A stretch of DNA of 63,813 bases, counting the filler, from Diploschistes diacapsis (lineage: Eukaryota), in assembly GCA_023645945.1 (NCBI GenBank). It is 19 parts of 19 records of this genome, joined end to end, with 100 filler letters (N's around TTAATTAATTAA, not from the genome) between each part and the next. Parts side by side here need not be neighbours in the genome. Positions count along the whole stretch, not along the records: positions 1 to 2,099 come from JALAIB010002370.1; positions 2,200 to 4,297 come from JALAIB010002371.1; positions 4,398 to 6,494 come from JALAIB010002372.1; positions 6,595 to 8,690 come from JALAIB010002373.1; positions 8,791 to 10,885 come from JALAIB010002374.1; positions 10,986 to 13,076 come from JALAIB010002375.1; 13 more parts are not named here. One strand, written 5' to 3'. Within the stretch, counting starts at the first letter, position 1. Each line of letters begins with the position of its first letter. Of this stretch, positions 1 to 11,496 are shown piece by piece. The notes beneath the pieces are model-generated. The model worked only from the letters and a program-made list of their open reading frames with translations. It had not been told where the DNA came from and did not search any database. A program made the position numbers and the translations under genes.

Positions 1-640
1 CGATAAAATAATAAAACAAAAAACGATTACCCGCGAAAAAATAAATAATTAAGATGCTAATATTATCGCCGAAATTATATAAAACATCTAAAACTTCGCG
101 AAAAGATATATGATATTAATTCAATAACGATAAAAGCAATACGCGAACGAACACCGTCGTTTCGTTAAAAAGATTAATCCCGGCGACTCGATTTAATTAA
201 ATATACGTAATATCAGAATCACCCGAATCTATAAAAAGCTAAATAATAAATAAAACGGCTCTTATAACGTCCTACGGAAGATAGATGAAATCGATTTCGA
301 ATTAAATCTATTAACGTCGATAAAATAATTTAAAACGTTTCACGCGTCCTTACTTTTAAAAGACCCGTAGGACCTTTTAAAGGAATAAACGTATTTTAGA
401 TCTCCTCCGGTAGAAATAGAGATTAAAAAAGAATAACAACTCGAAAAGATCCTCGACGTTAAAAAAGGCCCCGAACGAGGAATAAACGTTTAATATAAAG
501 TACGTTAGGTAAGATAATTAACCGACGATAACTAATATTCCGTCACTATCTTCGAAAATACCTTCTATATTTTACGAGAATTTTATTAACTAAATCCCGA
601 AAAGATAAAACCTTTATAACTAACGACGCCTAAAGATAGA
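1..640 (+). mobile_element. RIP-degenerate Gypsy (chromovirus) pol 3' end: integrase C-terminus and chromodomain
   Basis: Stop-riddled translation gives a chromodomain-like LEKILDVKK...YKVR at ~440-510; followed downstream by a purine tract and LTR. Confidence 0.6.
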
Positions 641-913
641 TAACACACGCCAATAAAAACTCTAAACGGGAACGGGTTTTTAAAATAAAGTAATATCGAT
701 TATCACGACGATCACGTTCTTTTATAAAATCTAAAAACATATTTAAATAAAATATCATTAAAAGGGGTTTAAAAAAACGATAACATCTATTACGAAAAAA
801 CAGCGAATATTCTTTTAAACAAATTAACCAAAAAAATAAAGATCGAGATAAATATTAACTAAAAAAGGCATCATCGCGTTTATAAAAGACACAAACATCT
901 AAAAAAAGGAATA

Positions 914-1227
914 ATAAGATAGATCAACCTAGACGTGCTAAGCCACCGGGGTCACGTGACGGCAGAATTACATGACGGCAGGGTTATATAACGGGTACCA
1001 ACCGTGCCAAAAATGTTAAAAGGTGACTATATAAACGGATAAGACCCGAACCCCGTAGAACTGGCACCCATACACTATTTATTCCTATTACCCTCCCATT
1101 TAAATAATTTCTTCTCTAGCTTTTCGAATCGAGACCTTTTATCTGCAGATGCCCAGCTACACGTAATCCTTCCGGATCAGGCCCAGCCCCCGGTAGTGTA
1201 GTATTCCATTCCTGCGCTGGCGTTTCA
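914..1227 (+). mobile_element. 3' LTR, family A (Gypsy)
   Basis: Preceded by purine tract 901-913; aligns with reverse complement of 10135-10430; ends GCGTTTCA. Confidence 0.8.
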
Positions 1228-2099
1228 CGTATAAAATAATTACGTACCTAATAGCTGAATTTAAACCTAAACTAAACTTAAAAGTTCAGTTTAATAAAAA
1301 CAATTATTAATTATAACACGCACGTATGGTTCATATAGAACCTAAGAAGCTCTAAAACCTGCACGAAATTACGACTTTTATTAATCTTATCTATATCGCA
1401 CTTTATACGTATAAGATATATTAGTTGACTAAAGTTAGACAACAGATTGGCCGTACGTTGGTTAAATACAAGTAAAGTATCTTAAATTTAATAAATATCG
1501 ATATCTATAAACCGTTCTTCAAGTCACTTAATAACAATTAGTACCTTATAGAGATTATAGATAACTATTCGCGAAAAACCTGATCGATTTCTTATTAAAT
1601 CGAAAGAATATTATTCGTATTTATAATTTTAGAAAGAAAATAGAGAGCTTTAAAACGATAAATAATTAAAAACCTGACGTCTCGATAATGTAATTAAACT
1701 AATTTCTATAATCGAGAATTAAGAAAAAAAATAAAGAATTTAGATAGAATCGATAGTACTATATACGTCAAGCCAAAATAACACTGCCGAAAGATCCATA
1801 TAAATTACCGAAATGAATATCCGTATCATGCTTAAAAGAACGAAATAAAGATACGCTTTCTAAGACAAAACAGCATTAACCCAATATCATATTTAAAACA
1901 GAATAGTAATAAAATCTAAACTAAACGGTTTAATCACGACGCCTATCGAATATTAACTAGACGAAAAGCCGTTAATAAATAATATCCGTATCTAAAAATT
2001 AAGATATTATAATTACGTAAATCCTAAATCATTATTTAAACAATAAAATAAGTTAATAAATAAGATAAAATTAAAGATAATAATCGGATATATCAATAT
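1228..2099 (+). mobile_element. RIP-degenerate Copia GAG-pre-integrase/integrase fragment
   Basis: HARMVHI (WHARxxH) motif ~1316-1337; homologous to 12575-13076 and 57487-58250. Confidence 0.75.
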
Positions 2100-2199
2100 N
2101 NNNNNNNNNNNNNNNNNNNNNNNNNNNNNNNNNNNNNNNNNNNTTAATTAATTAANNNNNNNNNNNNNNNNNNNNNNNNNNNNNNNNNNNNNNNNNNNN
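2100..2199. other. Artificial contig spacer (first of 18): N-run + TTAATTAATTAA + N-run, 100 nt
   Basis: Identical spacers start at 4298, 6495, 8691, 10886, 13077, 15266, 17455, 19642, 21828, 46375, 48559, 50743, 52925, 55104, 57283, 59461, 61638; TTAATTAATTAA puts stops in all six frames. Confidence 0.98.
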
Positions 2200-2433
2200 G
2201 TTAATTTAATCGATTATAATTTTCCGTCGCGATAAAACGATATACGCGATATAATTAATTTAATGCGCGTAGTTCGAAATACGCCGCGGACAGAATCACG
2301 ATAGATATAAAATTTCGTACGAAGACAAAAAACTTTAAAAATGCGATTTCAACGTAAAATCGATTATTAGAAAATATTAATTAAAGATCTACGAGTTATA
2401 CGAAACTGGTTCGATATCGTACGTAATATAATT
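2200..2433 (+). mobile_element. pogo/Fot1 transposase fragment (RIP-degenerate)
   Basis: Diverged inverted copy of ~3670-3905. Confidence 0.7.
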
Positions 2434-3050
2434 TAGGCTGGCCATTTCGTACCACGGACACTGACACGGACACCGCAGCAAAAATTTTCAAAACACGGAC
2501 ACTGACACGGACACCGCAGCTAAAAAATTTAAAACACGGACATTAATACGGACACTACATTTCCGTAAATCCACGGACACGGACACGGCAATTAAAAAAT
2601 TTAAAACACGGATATTATAATTAAAATTTTTAAAACATGAACATTAACACGGACATTACATTTTTGTAAATCCACTGATACGGATACTATACTACAGTAA
2701 AAGCACGGAAACATTTTTTTTTTTAAATATTTTTTAAATTATCACGTTTATTTCTCACGCTTTTATTTTTTATAATTCTTTTTTTAACACGGACACGGAC
2801 ACGGACACTACATTATAATAAATGCACGGACACGGACACCTTAATTAAAAAATTTAAAACACGGACATTAACACGGACATTATATTTTCGTGAATCCACG
2901 GACACGGACACCGCAACTAAAAAATTTAAAACAAGAATACTGACACGGATACTATATTGCCGTGAATTCACGAACACGGACACCGCAATAAAAAAATCTA
3001 AAATACTAACACTGACACCGGTAGTGTCAGTGTCAGTGACGGCTAGCCTA
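2434..3050 (+). mobile_element. ACACGG-repeat MITE (hAT-like), full-length copy
   Basis: Termini TAGGCTGGCCAT...ACGGCTAGCCTA; internal ACACGG/ACACTG arrays; same family as 56575-57166. Confidence 0.85.
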
Positions 3051-4217
3051 CTTATAGTTACATAAAAAACCCGTTTGAAGGCAAAAAAGAAATCGTTCTT
3101 AATAATATACGTAATCTACGTACGCATTATTTGCTCGATTTCTTTACCGTACGTAACCTTAAGCGGTCTAAAACATCCGACATCAAAAGGCTGAAGGATA
3201 TGCGATAAATAAACAGACATATAGAACGAAATAATGTTATTATCCTTATAATAATTAATAAAATCGATCGTACGATAACTATTATGACCATTAAGGATTT
3301 AATAAACGATATTTATTTATCGTACGAGGTTTTAAATAGTTTTAAAAGTATTTCAGTTAATCTAAATTAATTTTATTAATAATCTATTCGTTTTTATTAG
3401 ATTATACGCGTTATATATCGAGTAAATCGCCGTTTTAATATTAAGAAAGGAGGTAACATTTGCCCTTTATAATTACGTACGGAAGCAACGTATAACCGTC
3501 CGCGTAGATAGTTTAGATAATTAAAACTTATTCTCGATTACCGGGTTATTTCGTACGAGATCTATTTTTTACGATCTGAAATAATTACGACCTTTATATG
3601 GCCTAATATTCCTATAAGAAAACCGGTTTCGTCGTAATTATAAATATTCGAATCGAAAATATTATATTTAATAATTATATTACGTACGAAATCGAACCAA
3701 TTTCGTATAATTCGTGGATCTTTAATTAATACTTTTTAATAATCGATTTTACGTTAAAATCGCATTTTTAACGTTTCTTACCTTCGTACGAAATTTTATA
3801 CTTATCGTGATCCGACCGGCGGCGTATTTCGAGCTACGCGTATTAAATTAACTATATCGCGTATATCGTCCTATCGCGACGGAAAATTATATTCGATTAA
3901 ATTAATCGTACGATCAAGAATCGTCTTGTTTTTTAACACGATTAAATTTATTAATTTAATTAAAATATCGTGTCTTAAAAACGATCATCGCGTCGAGCAA
4001 TACGCGTCGTACGAGAAATCTTATATATTTAAAATACAAGTTTTATATTAAGATTTGAGTTTTATTTGATAGATTAAAGTGCCATTATGATTCTATTTTT
4101 AATTAAAGATGATTCCATAATCATACGTGTAGAAAATTAATGCGAAAGTTAAAAGATCATAAAATCGGGTGGGGGGTGTCCGTTCGCTATGAGTGTCCGC
4201 TCGCTATGCATATACGT
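3051..4217 (-). mobile_element. pogo/Fot1 DNA transposon, 5' portion with TIR (RIP-degenerate DDE transposase)
   Basis: Minus strand reads YNYDETGF, LILNGH and HILQPFDVGCFRPLK; TIR ACGTATATGCATAGCGAGCGGACAC with internal direct repeat at 4176-4217, abutting TA. Confidence 0.9.
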
Positions 4218-4397
4218 TAGAAGGTAATTCTTTACAATAGAAATAAAGTTAATCGAAAGGTTCAGCAAGGTTCAGCTGAATTTCGATTATTATCGAGNNN
4301 NNNNNNNNNNNNNNNNNNNNNNNNNNNNNNNNNNNNNNNNNTTAATTAATTAANNNNNNNNNNNNNNNNNNNNNNNNNNNNNNNNNNNNNNNNNNNN

Positions 4398-5182
4398 ACA
4401 CTAAAGTAAAAACACGGAAATACTTTTTTTTTTTTAATATTTTTAAAATTATCACTGTTATTTCTTACGCTTTAATTTTTAAAAAAGTTTTTTTAAAACA
4501 CGGACACGGACACGGATCTTATATTATAATAAAAAAATTTTCGGTACGGATACTGATACGAATACTATACTATAATAAAAGCACGGACACGGACACTATA
4601 ATTAAAATTTTTAAAACATTAATATTAACACGGACACTACAATGTAATAAAAACACGAAAATACTTTTTTTTTTTTAATATTTTTAAAATTATCACGTTT
4701 ATTTCTCACGCTTTTATTTTTAAAAAAGTTTTTTTAGAATACGGACACGGACAAGGACACGGACACTATATTACGAGAAATACACGGATACGGACACCGC
4801 AATTAAAATTTTTAAAACACGGATATTAATACGGACACGGATACTATAATTAAAAATTTTAAAATATTAATATTAATACGGATACTGTATTTCCGTAAAT
4901 CCACCGAAATACTGCGGTAAATCCACCGAAACACCGCAGTAAAATTTTTTTAAAAAAATAAAAGCGTGAGAAATAGGCGTGATAATTCCAAAATTATTAA
5001 AATTAAAAAAATAATTTAAAATGTTTCGGTGAATGCACGGACACGAATATCGCAATAAAAAAATTTTCGATACGGATACTAACACGGACACTGCACTTAC
5101 GTGAATCCACGGACACGGACACCGCAGCTAAAAAATCTAAAACACGGACACGGCCGTGTCAGTGTCAGTGACGGCCAGCCTA
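4398..5182 (+). mobile_element. ACACGG-repeat MITE, longer variant, 5' end cut by contig edge
   Basis: Right TIR ACGGCCAGCCTA at 5171-5182; internal ~235-nt block duplicated. Confidence 0.85.
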
Positions 5183-6494
5183 AAGTTAACTATAAAAAGA
5201 ATAAATCTATTAAGATTACGATTATAAACCTAGTATCGGAAAAATAAGCCGTTTTCGTTGAAACACACGGGTCCAATAAGAAGATTAAGAAGTTATTAGA
5301 TATCTCGAATAATAAATGATTTAGAATTAAGGTCCATGATTAGGAAAACGAGTCGTAATGACCTTACCCGGGGAAGGTCCTTCTTTCTTATATTCTAAAG
5401 AACGGAGGTTAACGACAAAAGTTTTTTATTTATTTTGTTCTTATAGTTTTTATTTATTAGGTTTAAAATCGGAAGATAAGCGGTTTTTATTATTAAAGGA
5501 CCTTAATGGTCTATATTCTATTATTATTATAAAAGAAACATAATAGAAGTTTAATAGAGCTTGTTATAAAAGTTTATATGTTTTTTAACCAGAATCATTA
5601 TAGGGACAGATTTCCTATTCCTTTCGTATATCTAAGAAGTTCAATATTAGGTACGATGTTTCGAAATATTTCACTAATATAACCTATAAAAAAATAGATT
5701 AAAAGATACGTTCTAGCGACAAATTTAACTTAAATATTAATACTGCGCTAGGAAGCTCGTCTATATAAAAAGAAGCGGAATTACAAAGAATGATTTCAGC
5801 CGCAGAAATAGCATTGGACGACGAGTACCCTAATCTCATTATCCCAAAGTTTTCACAAATGCCTAAAGGGGAACGCCTTACGGAAGAACGGAAACAGGCC
5901 CTAAATATAACAACTCTAGCCTAAGATTTCTCCCATATAAGACGCATACGCCCAGAAGTTGCGCCGCCTCAGGAGATAGACACTATCGATCACGAAGCTT
6001 GACAGATAGAACCCTTTCGCATTCCAAAAGTCCTGGAGCCGATAATAATCAAGATGCTTTAAGAAAGGATAAATACTGGAATATTAGAATACTACTAAGG
6101 ACCGTACAGGAATCCATGGTTTTTAATAACTAAGACTGATCCTAAGAAGTACAGAATGGTAAATACAGCGATACATATTAACAAAATAACTCGTCGAAAC
6201 GCTAATTTACCTTCTAGCACGAATAATTTTATAAAATCCTTCGCAATACAGACCGTAAGTTCCTTAATAGACATATTTTTAGGATACGATCAGTATATCT
6301 TCCATAAAAGGTTTTACAATCTTACGGCTTTCGTCACTTCCTTAGGTCTATTAAGGAATACTACCTTATTATAAAAAGATATTAATTCGATCGAACAGTT
6401 TATAAGAATAATAATAACCATTTTTATCGATCTTCTTTATATAATTTAACCTTTTTTTAACGATTTTGAAATCAAGGACCCTAAACATATATAT
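5183..6494 (+). mobile_element. RIP-degenerate Gypsy pol fragment (protease to reverse transcriptase)
   Basis: GPYRNPWFL..K...KYRMVN and DIFLGYDQ reverse-transcriptase-like motifs at ~6100-6300. Confidence 0.75.
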
Positions 6495-6699
6495 NNNNNN
6501 NNNNNNNNNNNNNNNNNNNNNNNNNNNNNNNNNNNNNNTTAATTAATTAANNNNNNNNNNNNNNNNNNNNNNNNNNNNNNNNNNNNNNNNNNNNCCCCCC
6601 CCCCTGCTTCGACTTCAAATAGTGCCCATACGTCTTCAGTTGCTGGTTGAGAGCCACGAGACGATGTCGACGACTGGTGTTTATTGTATCTCCTAAACA

Positions 6700-8554
6700 T
6701 GTGTAGGAGAGCAGAGCCTTGCTCGCTTACGAGATACATCTGGCCTTGTCGATGTCAGAGGCCGGAGGACTTGGTGGCAAGTCCCTTGCGCCGGCGCAGG
6801 CTTCCGGGGAGTCCTGCTTACCACACCACCCCTCGACGTCTTCAAGGCTCGAGGCGGGGCTGGTGGGACACCCATTCGCACATATCCTCTCTCGCGTTGG
6901 CGCCAGGGGTGGAGGCGTCCAGAAGGCCGCGATGATGGCTCGACGTCGCGGCGTGAAGATGTCAGGCCTCGAAGGTGTGGAACAAAGGGGCGCTCTCCTC
7001 CTCTGCCGCGGCACAGCAGGGGCAGGCGACGGGTGGCGACGCGCCCCTGAAGTGACCCCGCATGTGGGTGGCCAGGCCCCGCTGGGTGGAGAGGCTGCCG
7101 TAGAGGACACAGCGCACGATGGCCGGGTGCTTGTGCGCCGTGGCGAGGTGCACCAGCATGTCGGCGCCGCTGAGGCGCTCGCGCTCGCCGGGGCACTCCG
7201 GACACGGGAAGAGCTGGCCGGAGGCGAACGCCCGGGAGTGCGTGCTGCAGTGTCGCGGGACGCCGGCGGGGGAGGTGGCCCTGGCAGACGAAACAGGTGC
7301 TCTTCGTGCCGGTGGTGGGCTTTGCTGGAAACTCGGGGGCCAACAGCGGCGCGTGCGCCTTGCCGTGGACCTTCTCCACATGGCTCGTCTACTCCGGCGG
7401 TCCGGAAATGGTGACGATGTCGTCGCCGTATCGCAACTCTCGACACCGCAGACGGTGGAAAGGGCCTGTTGAAGGCGCCTGCCGGTACTTGCACCTTTTT
7501 GTCATGCTTGGTGAGGGAGGACCGCGACTTGATGCCTTTCCGGCAGAGGAAGCACACGGACTCTTGCGAGTCGTCGGACCCGCAGTCGCTCCTGATCGGG
7601 CCGGGCGGAAGGGGGGGGAACTCACTCGGTGCCTATCTTGTGCTCTAGAGCATTGCGCCTCACTTGTTTCTCTTAATCGTGGGCTCAGCCACTAGTCGTC
7701 TTCTATTTGATATCTTCGGGTCGCGTATGAGGCCCATAGAGATATCCCGGAACCTCAAGTTTCCAGCATCCATAATCATGCCTCTACGGAAGCCACCATA
7801 GGGTCAATAAAAGCACAAAAGCGTAAAAGATGACGCGGTAAGCGAGGTGTTGTACGGGAATATCGTCGGCGCGTTCATAAAGAGTCCTGAAAAGCCGTCC
7901 GGTGTCGCGACTTGTCATCATCTCCACCTTTGTCGTAATCTGACCCTTGATCAACCCCCATGAGGGCTGCGCCTTCATTATATATCCATTAAAAAATAAA
8001 AATTTAGCTCTGAACTCCAGCAAAATCTTTCCGAGAGACTTGCCTGGCTGAGTTGGGCAACAGGACCTTGATCGACCCAGCCGGGAAAATTTGTCGGTCT
8101 TCGCAGGATCATCCAGTGTAGCTCCTTGTCCTTTTGCCTCTTCGGAAGCACGTACTCGGCATCTGCTGCAGCGATCAAGGTTTTCCTTCTTGCTGTGTTC
8201 TTTTGCTGCATGGCCATTCTTGACCACATCTACCTAGATATTGACAGGGTCAAGATACTGCTGGTACTTGCGAAAGACCCAGTCTCGGTAGCTTGGCTCA
8301 GCCCGTCAGCACTCGTGCACGCTACGACGGTGAAGGAGTAAAAGTACGTACTTGTTCTAGGCTCCCAGGGCTCGGTTTCGTGCCTCCTCGGTGCGACCCA
8401 GCAACGAGTAGTATGGAGCTAATGTCGTCTCCACTGTCATCTGTGTCTGACGGGTCGCCAAAATCTCCGCCACCTCATCGTCCGGAATGCAGTCGAAAGA
8501 CGAGAGCGGCGGCTCCTCAGGCAGGGGAGACTCCTCGTTGGTCTGGCCCATCAT
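6700..8554 (-). pseudogene. Disrupted gene encoding multiple C2H2-like zinc fingers
   Basis: CFLC..RSSLTKH, HVEKVHG, CFVC...H, FPCPEC...HLATAH and CVL...THMRGH motifs spread across several frames; in-frame stops at ~8357, ~8306, ~8234 and ~7389. Confidence 0.55.
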
Positions 8555-8790
8555 GCTTGGTGTTGAAGGTGAACTTTGCAGAAAACGGTCCAGAAATTTT
8601 GTTCACCACACCTTCCACAAGAGCACGACAGACGAGATATATACCACAGAACAGCTCTCCAGGCCTCGGTCCCCCGTCCCCGTTCCCGCANNNNNNNNNN
8701 NNNNNNNNNNNNNNNNNNNNNNNNNNNNNNNNNNTTAATTAATTAANNNNNNNNNNNNNNNNNNNNNNNNNNNNNNNNNNNNNNNNNNNN

Positions 8791-9039
8791 GATGAATAAA
8801 AGGTCTAAAGAACTATTTTATTCAAATATAAATAAAAAGAAAAAACGATAATTTTATTTATTTATTTATTTACTTTATTACGGGAGCCGTTGATTATATA
8901 AAAACGTCGTTATAATTTTTATAAATTTAAGACGTGTTCACTTTTATAAACATACCTAATTATTACTCGGAATTAATTTATATTCGTTATTTTTATCCTT
9001 AGAGAGCCTTCTTTTTAGAGATAATTTAAGATTTATAAC
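8791..9039 (+). mobile_element. Partial LTR, family C
   Basis: Matches reverse complement of ~13183-13430; TATATAAAAACGTCG box also seen at 61522. Confidence 0.55.
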
Positions 9040-10008
9040 TGCTCTACCTTCTTTTCCTGCCACACTCCTCTTCTAACAGAGACCAAACCCACCTTGATCA
9101 ATACCTCGTGTCTACGTTGTAGAGATAGAGATCATAACAGTCTTCCGGGAACGAAAGATATACGAACTATTGTTTTAGATATTGGTCGCGAAAGTAATCG
9201 TTCTAATACGGTTCTTTACTTTTAGATGGCGGTCGAGTAAGTGTAATTTATCTTTTATTTCTCGTATCGTTTCGGGGTTTTTATTTAGGAGGATAGTTTG
9301 GAAACGATCGGTTAGTTTCTTTTTAATATTTAATATCTAATTTTCTTTAGGGATCCTTATTTCGGTAATAAGTACCGTAAATTGGGTTAGAAATTCGTTA
9401 AATTCGTCGTTGCTTTATTATAGTTTTCGATAATTATTTTTAGCGGTTAATCGGATATTTTTATTTATTTATCGATTATTTAATCGTTCGAATAATATTT
9501 CGACGGAAGTTATTCGATTAATCGAATTTTCGTCCGTAAAAACTTCTATATAACTAAACGCTGTTTCCTTGAAACGAAAGATTATATACGTTATTTAATC
9601 GTCGGCCCCGTTGAACCGGTTATCGTTCATTTTTAATTTATTTTTAATTAAACGACGTTATTGTTTGTAATTAAAGCTTTTTTTAGGATCTGTTGTAAAC
9701 TAGGGTGGGTCTGGCAGCTTATGCGAGGAAAAGCGTCTCCCGTTACTAGTCTCAGTGGCTGGATTCATGGATTCCCGTCGGTTCCGTAGTTCTTCGATCG
9801 TTGCTCGTAGATCGATGTTTTCGTCGGTTAAGCGGGCCCGGGTCCCCTGCTCTCTATCCAATAGTTGTTCCAGTTCGTTCCTTTTAGCTAACGATTCATC
9901 TGCTGAATCGTATTCTTCAACCGATGGCATCTCGGTTGATTCTTCAAAAGGCAGAGGTATTATCGATTCTCTCCTTCTCTTTTGATCCTTTTTACCAGCG
10001 GGGGCCAT
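9040..10008 (-). mobile_element. Gypsy gag, 5' part intact (ORF 9700-10008), remainder RIP-degenerate
   Basis: ATG ~125 nt after LTR 10135-10430; coiled-coil then KLPDP motif typical of fungal Gypsy gag. Confidence 0.7.
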
Positions 10009-10134
10009 TGTTCACAATAGGTCGGCGGATAATACTTTCGAGTTCCGATTATCGTGAACTTACTCGAATACTTGGTTCGATTAACGTTTTAAACTCTCGT
10101 CACGAATACGAAGATACAATGAACTTTTCGAATA

Positions 10135-10430
10135 TAAAATGCCAGCGCAGGAATAGGATATTACACTACCGAGAACTAGACCTGATCCGGTAAGATTACG
10201 TATAACTAAACATCTGTAAATAAAAGGTCTCGATTCGAAAAATTAGAAAAGAAACTATCTAAATAAGAGGGTAGCAGGAATAAATAGTATATAAATGCCA
10301 GCCCTACAGGTTCGGGTCCTACCCGCCTACACCGCCACACCCTAACATCCTTGGCACGGTTGGTACCCGTCATGTGACCCTGCCATCACGTGACCCCGGT
10401 GGCTTGGCACGCCTGGGCTGATCTGTCTCA
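10135..10430 (-). mobile_element. 5' LTR, family A
   Basis: Begins TGAGACAGATC on minus; homologous to 914-1227; followed by (T)ATTCGAAAAG and gag. Confidence 0.8.
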
Positions 10431-10985
10431 GTTATTTATATTTTGTTCGGTACTTTTATCGTTTAAAATGATGTTACGAATGGTTTATAGTTTTATGATT
10501 TAAGAAATGTATTTATTCGGGATTTCAATGATTAATAAATATTTCGCTTATAGCTCGTCGGTTTACCGGTTTATAAGTATAATGTTTTTTATAATAAACG
10601 TCGTAAGTTAGACGAGTCGTTAGGATATCGTTATAGAAATGTAGACGGGTTAGGATCTGTTTTGCATACCGGATATAAGCGAATTCCTTTAATTTATGCT
10701 TCGGGGTGGTGATGCGTTGGTTTATTAGTAGCGATCCGATGCCACGTCGTTATCTTTACCTTTCTAAAACGAATGCCTTTATCTTTAGGGGTAGTAGGGA
10801 CGTTTTCGCTCTTAGATATGATAATGAAGATTCGATAAGAATAAAATAAGTAATTAACGAAAATAAGAACAAAGAAAGAAAAAGANNNNNNNNNNNNNNN
10901 NNNNNNNNNNNNNNNNNNNNNNNNNNNNNTTAATTAATTAANNNNNNNNNNNNNNNNNNNNNNNNNNNNNNNNNNNNNNNNNNNN

Positions 10986-11494
10986 TTATTATATAGTTTT
11001 TTATTAAATGCGACCGAACTGCGAAAGGCCAATAAAGAGTTTAATTAGGCGTTGCGAGCCGTTTTAGAACTGGCTAACCCGATTTGACGTTATTCGAGTC
11101 GAGTAACCCGTATGCTTAAATCGACGTATATTAAGTTTACAACGTTTCGTAAAGAAAATCGAAAACAAAAAACGCTTCTTAATAATTATAAAAAACGTAA
11201 ATTAAATAAACGAATCGAATTAGAAGGTCGTTTTATATTTAACACAAACGAAGTTCTTGAGATAGCAGCTCGGGTTAAATCGAGTCGGATAGTTTCGAAA
11301 CGACCTGTAACGCGTAAAAAACGTCGTCGCGTTTTTAAAATAGAGGAGGATGAAGAGGATGAGGATAGATTCGATTTAGATCGATTAGATTTTGATTACG
11401 ACGAACAGGTTATATCTAAAAACCGTAGAATGTTGGCGGTAGTAATTTGAGGTGGCCGGAATCTGGGGGTGGCCGGAATCCCCGTGAAACACGT
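10986..11494 (+). mobile_element. pogo/Fot1 element 3' end with TIR
   Basis: Basic/acidic transposase tail (ORF 11112-11450); TIR with doubled GGTGGCCGGAATC ending GAAACACGT then TA. Confidence 0.75.
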
Positions 11495-11496
11495 TA

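Noticed and set aside
2144..2155. TTAATTAATTAA recurring about every 2.19 kb as a periodic element
   Set aside because: Always centred in N-runs of fixed length; it is a six-frame-stop assembly linker
2434..3050. ACACGG arrays with AT-rich gaps as CRISPR, iteron or telomeric repeats
   Set aside because: Eukaryotic context, short degenerate units, non-unique spacers, bounded by TIRs; explained as a MITE
4873..5091. Similar small ORFs at 4873-5091, 19982-20206 and 59220-59450 as a peptide family
   Set aside because: They are translations of MITE repeats with GTG starts and no coding signal
6684..7695. Overlapping plus-strand ORFs
   Set aside because: GC-rich antisense shadows of the zinc-finger pseudogene
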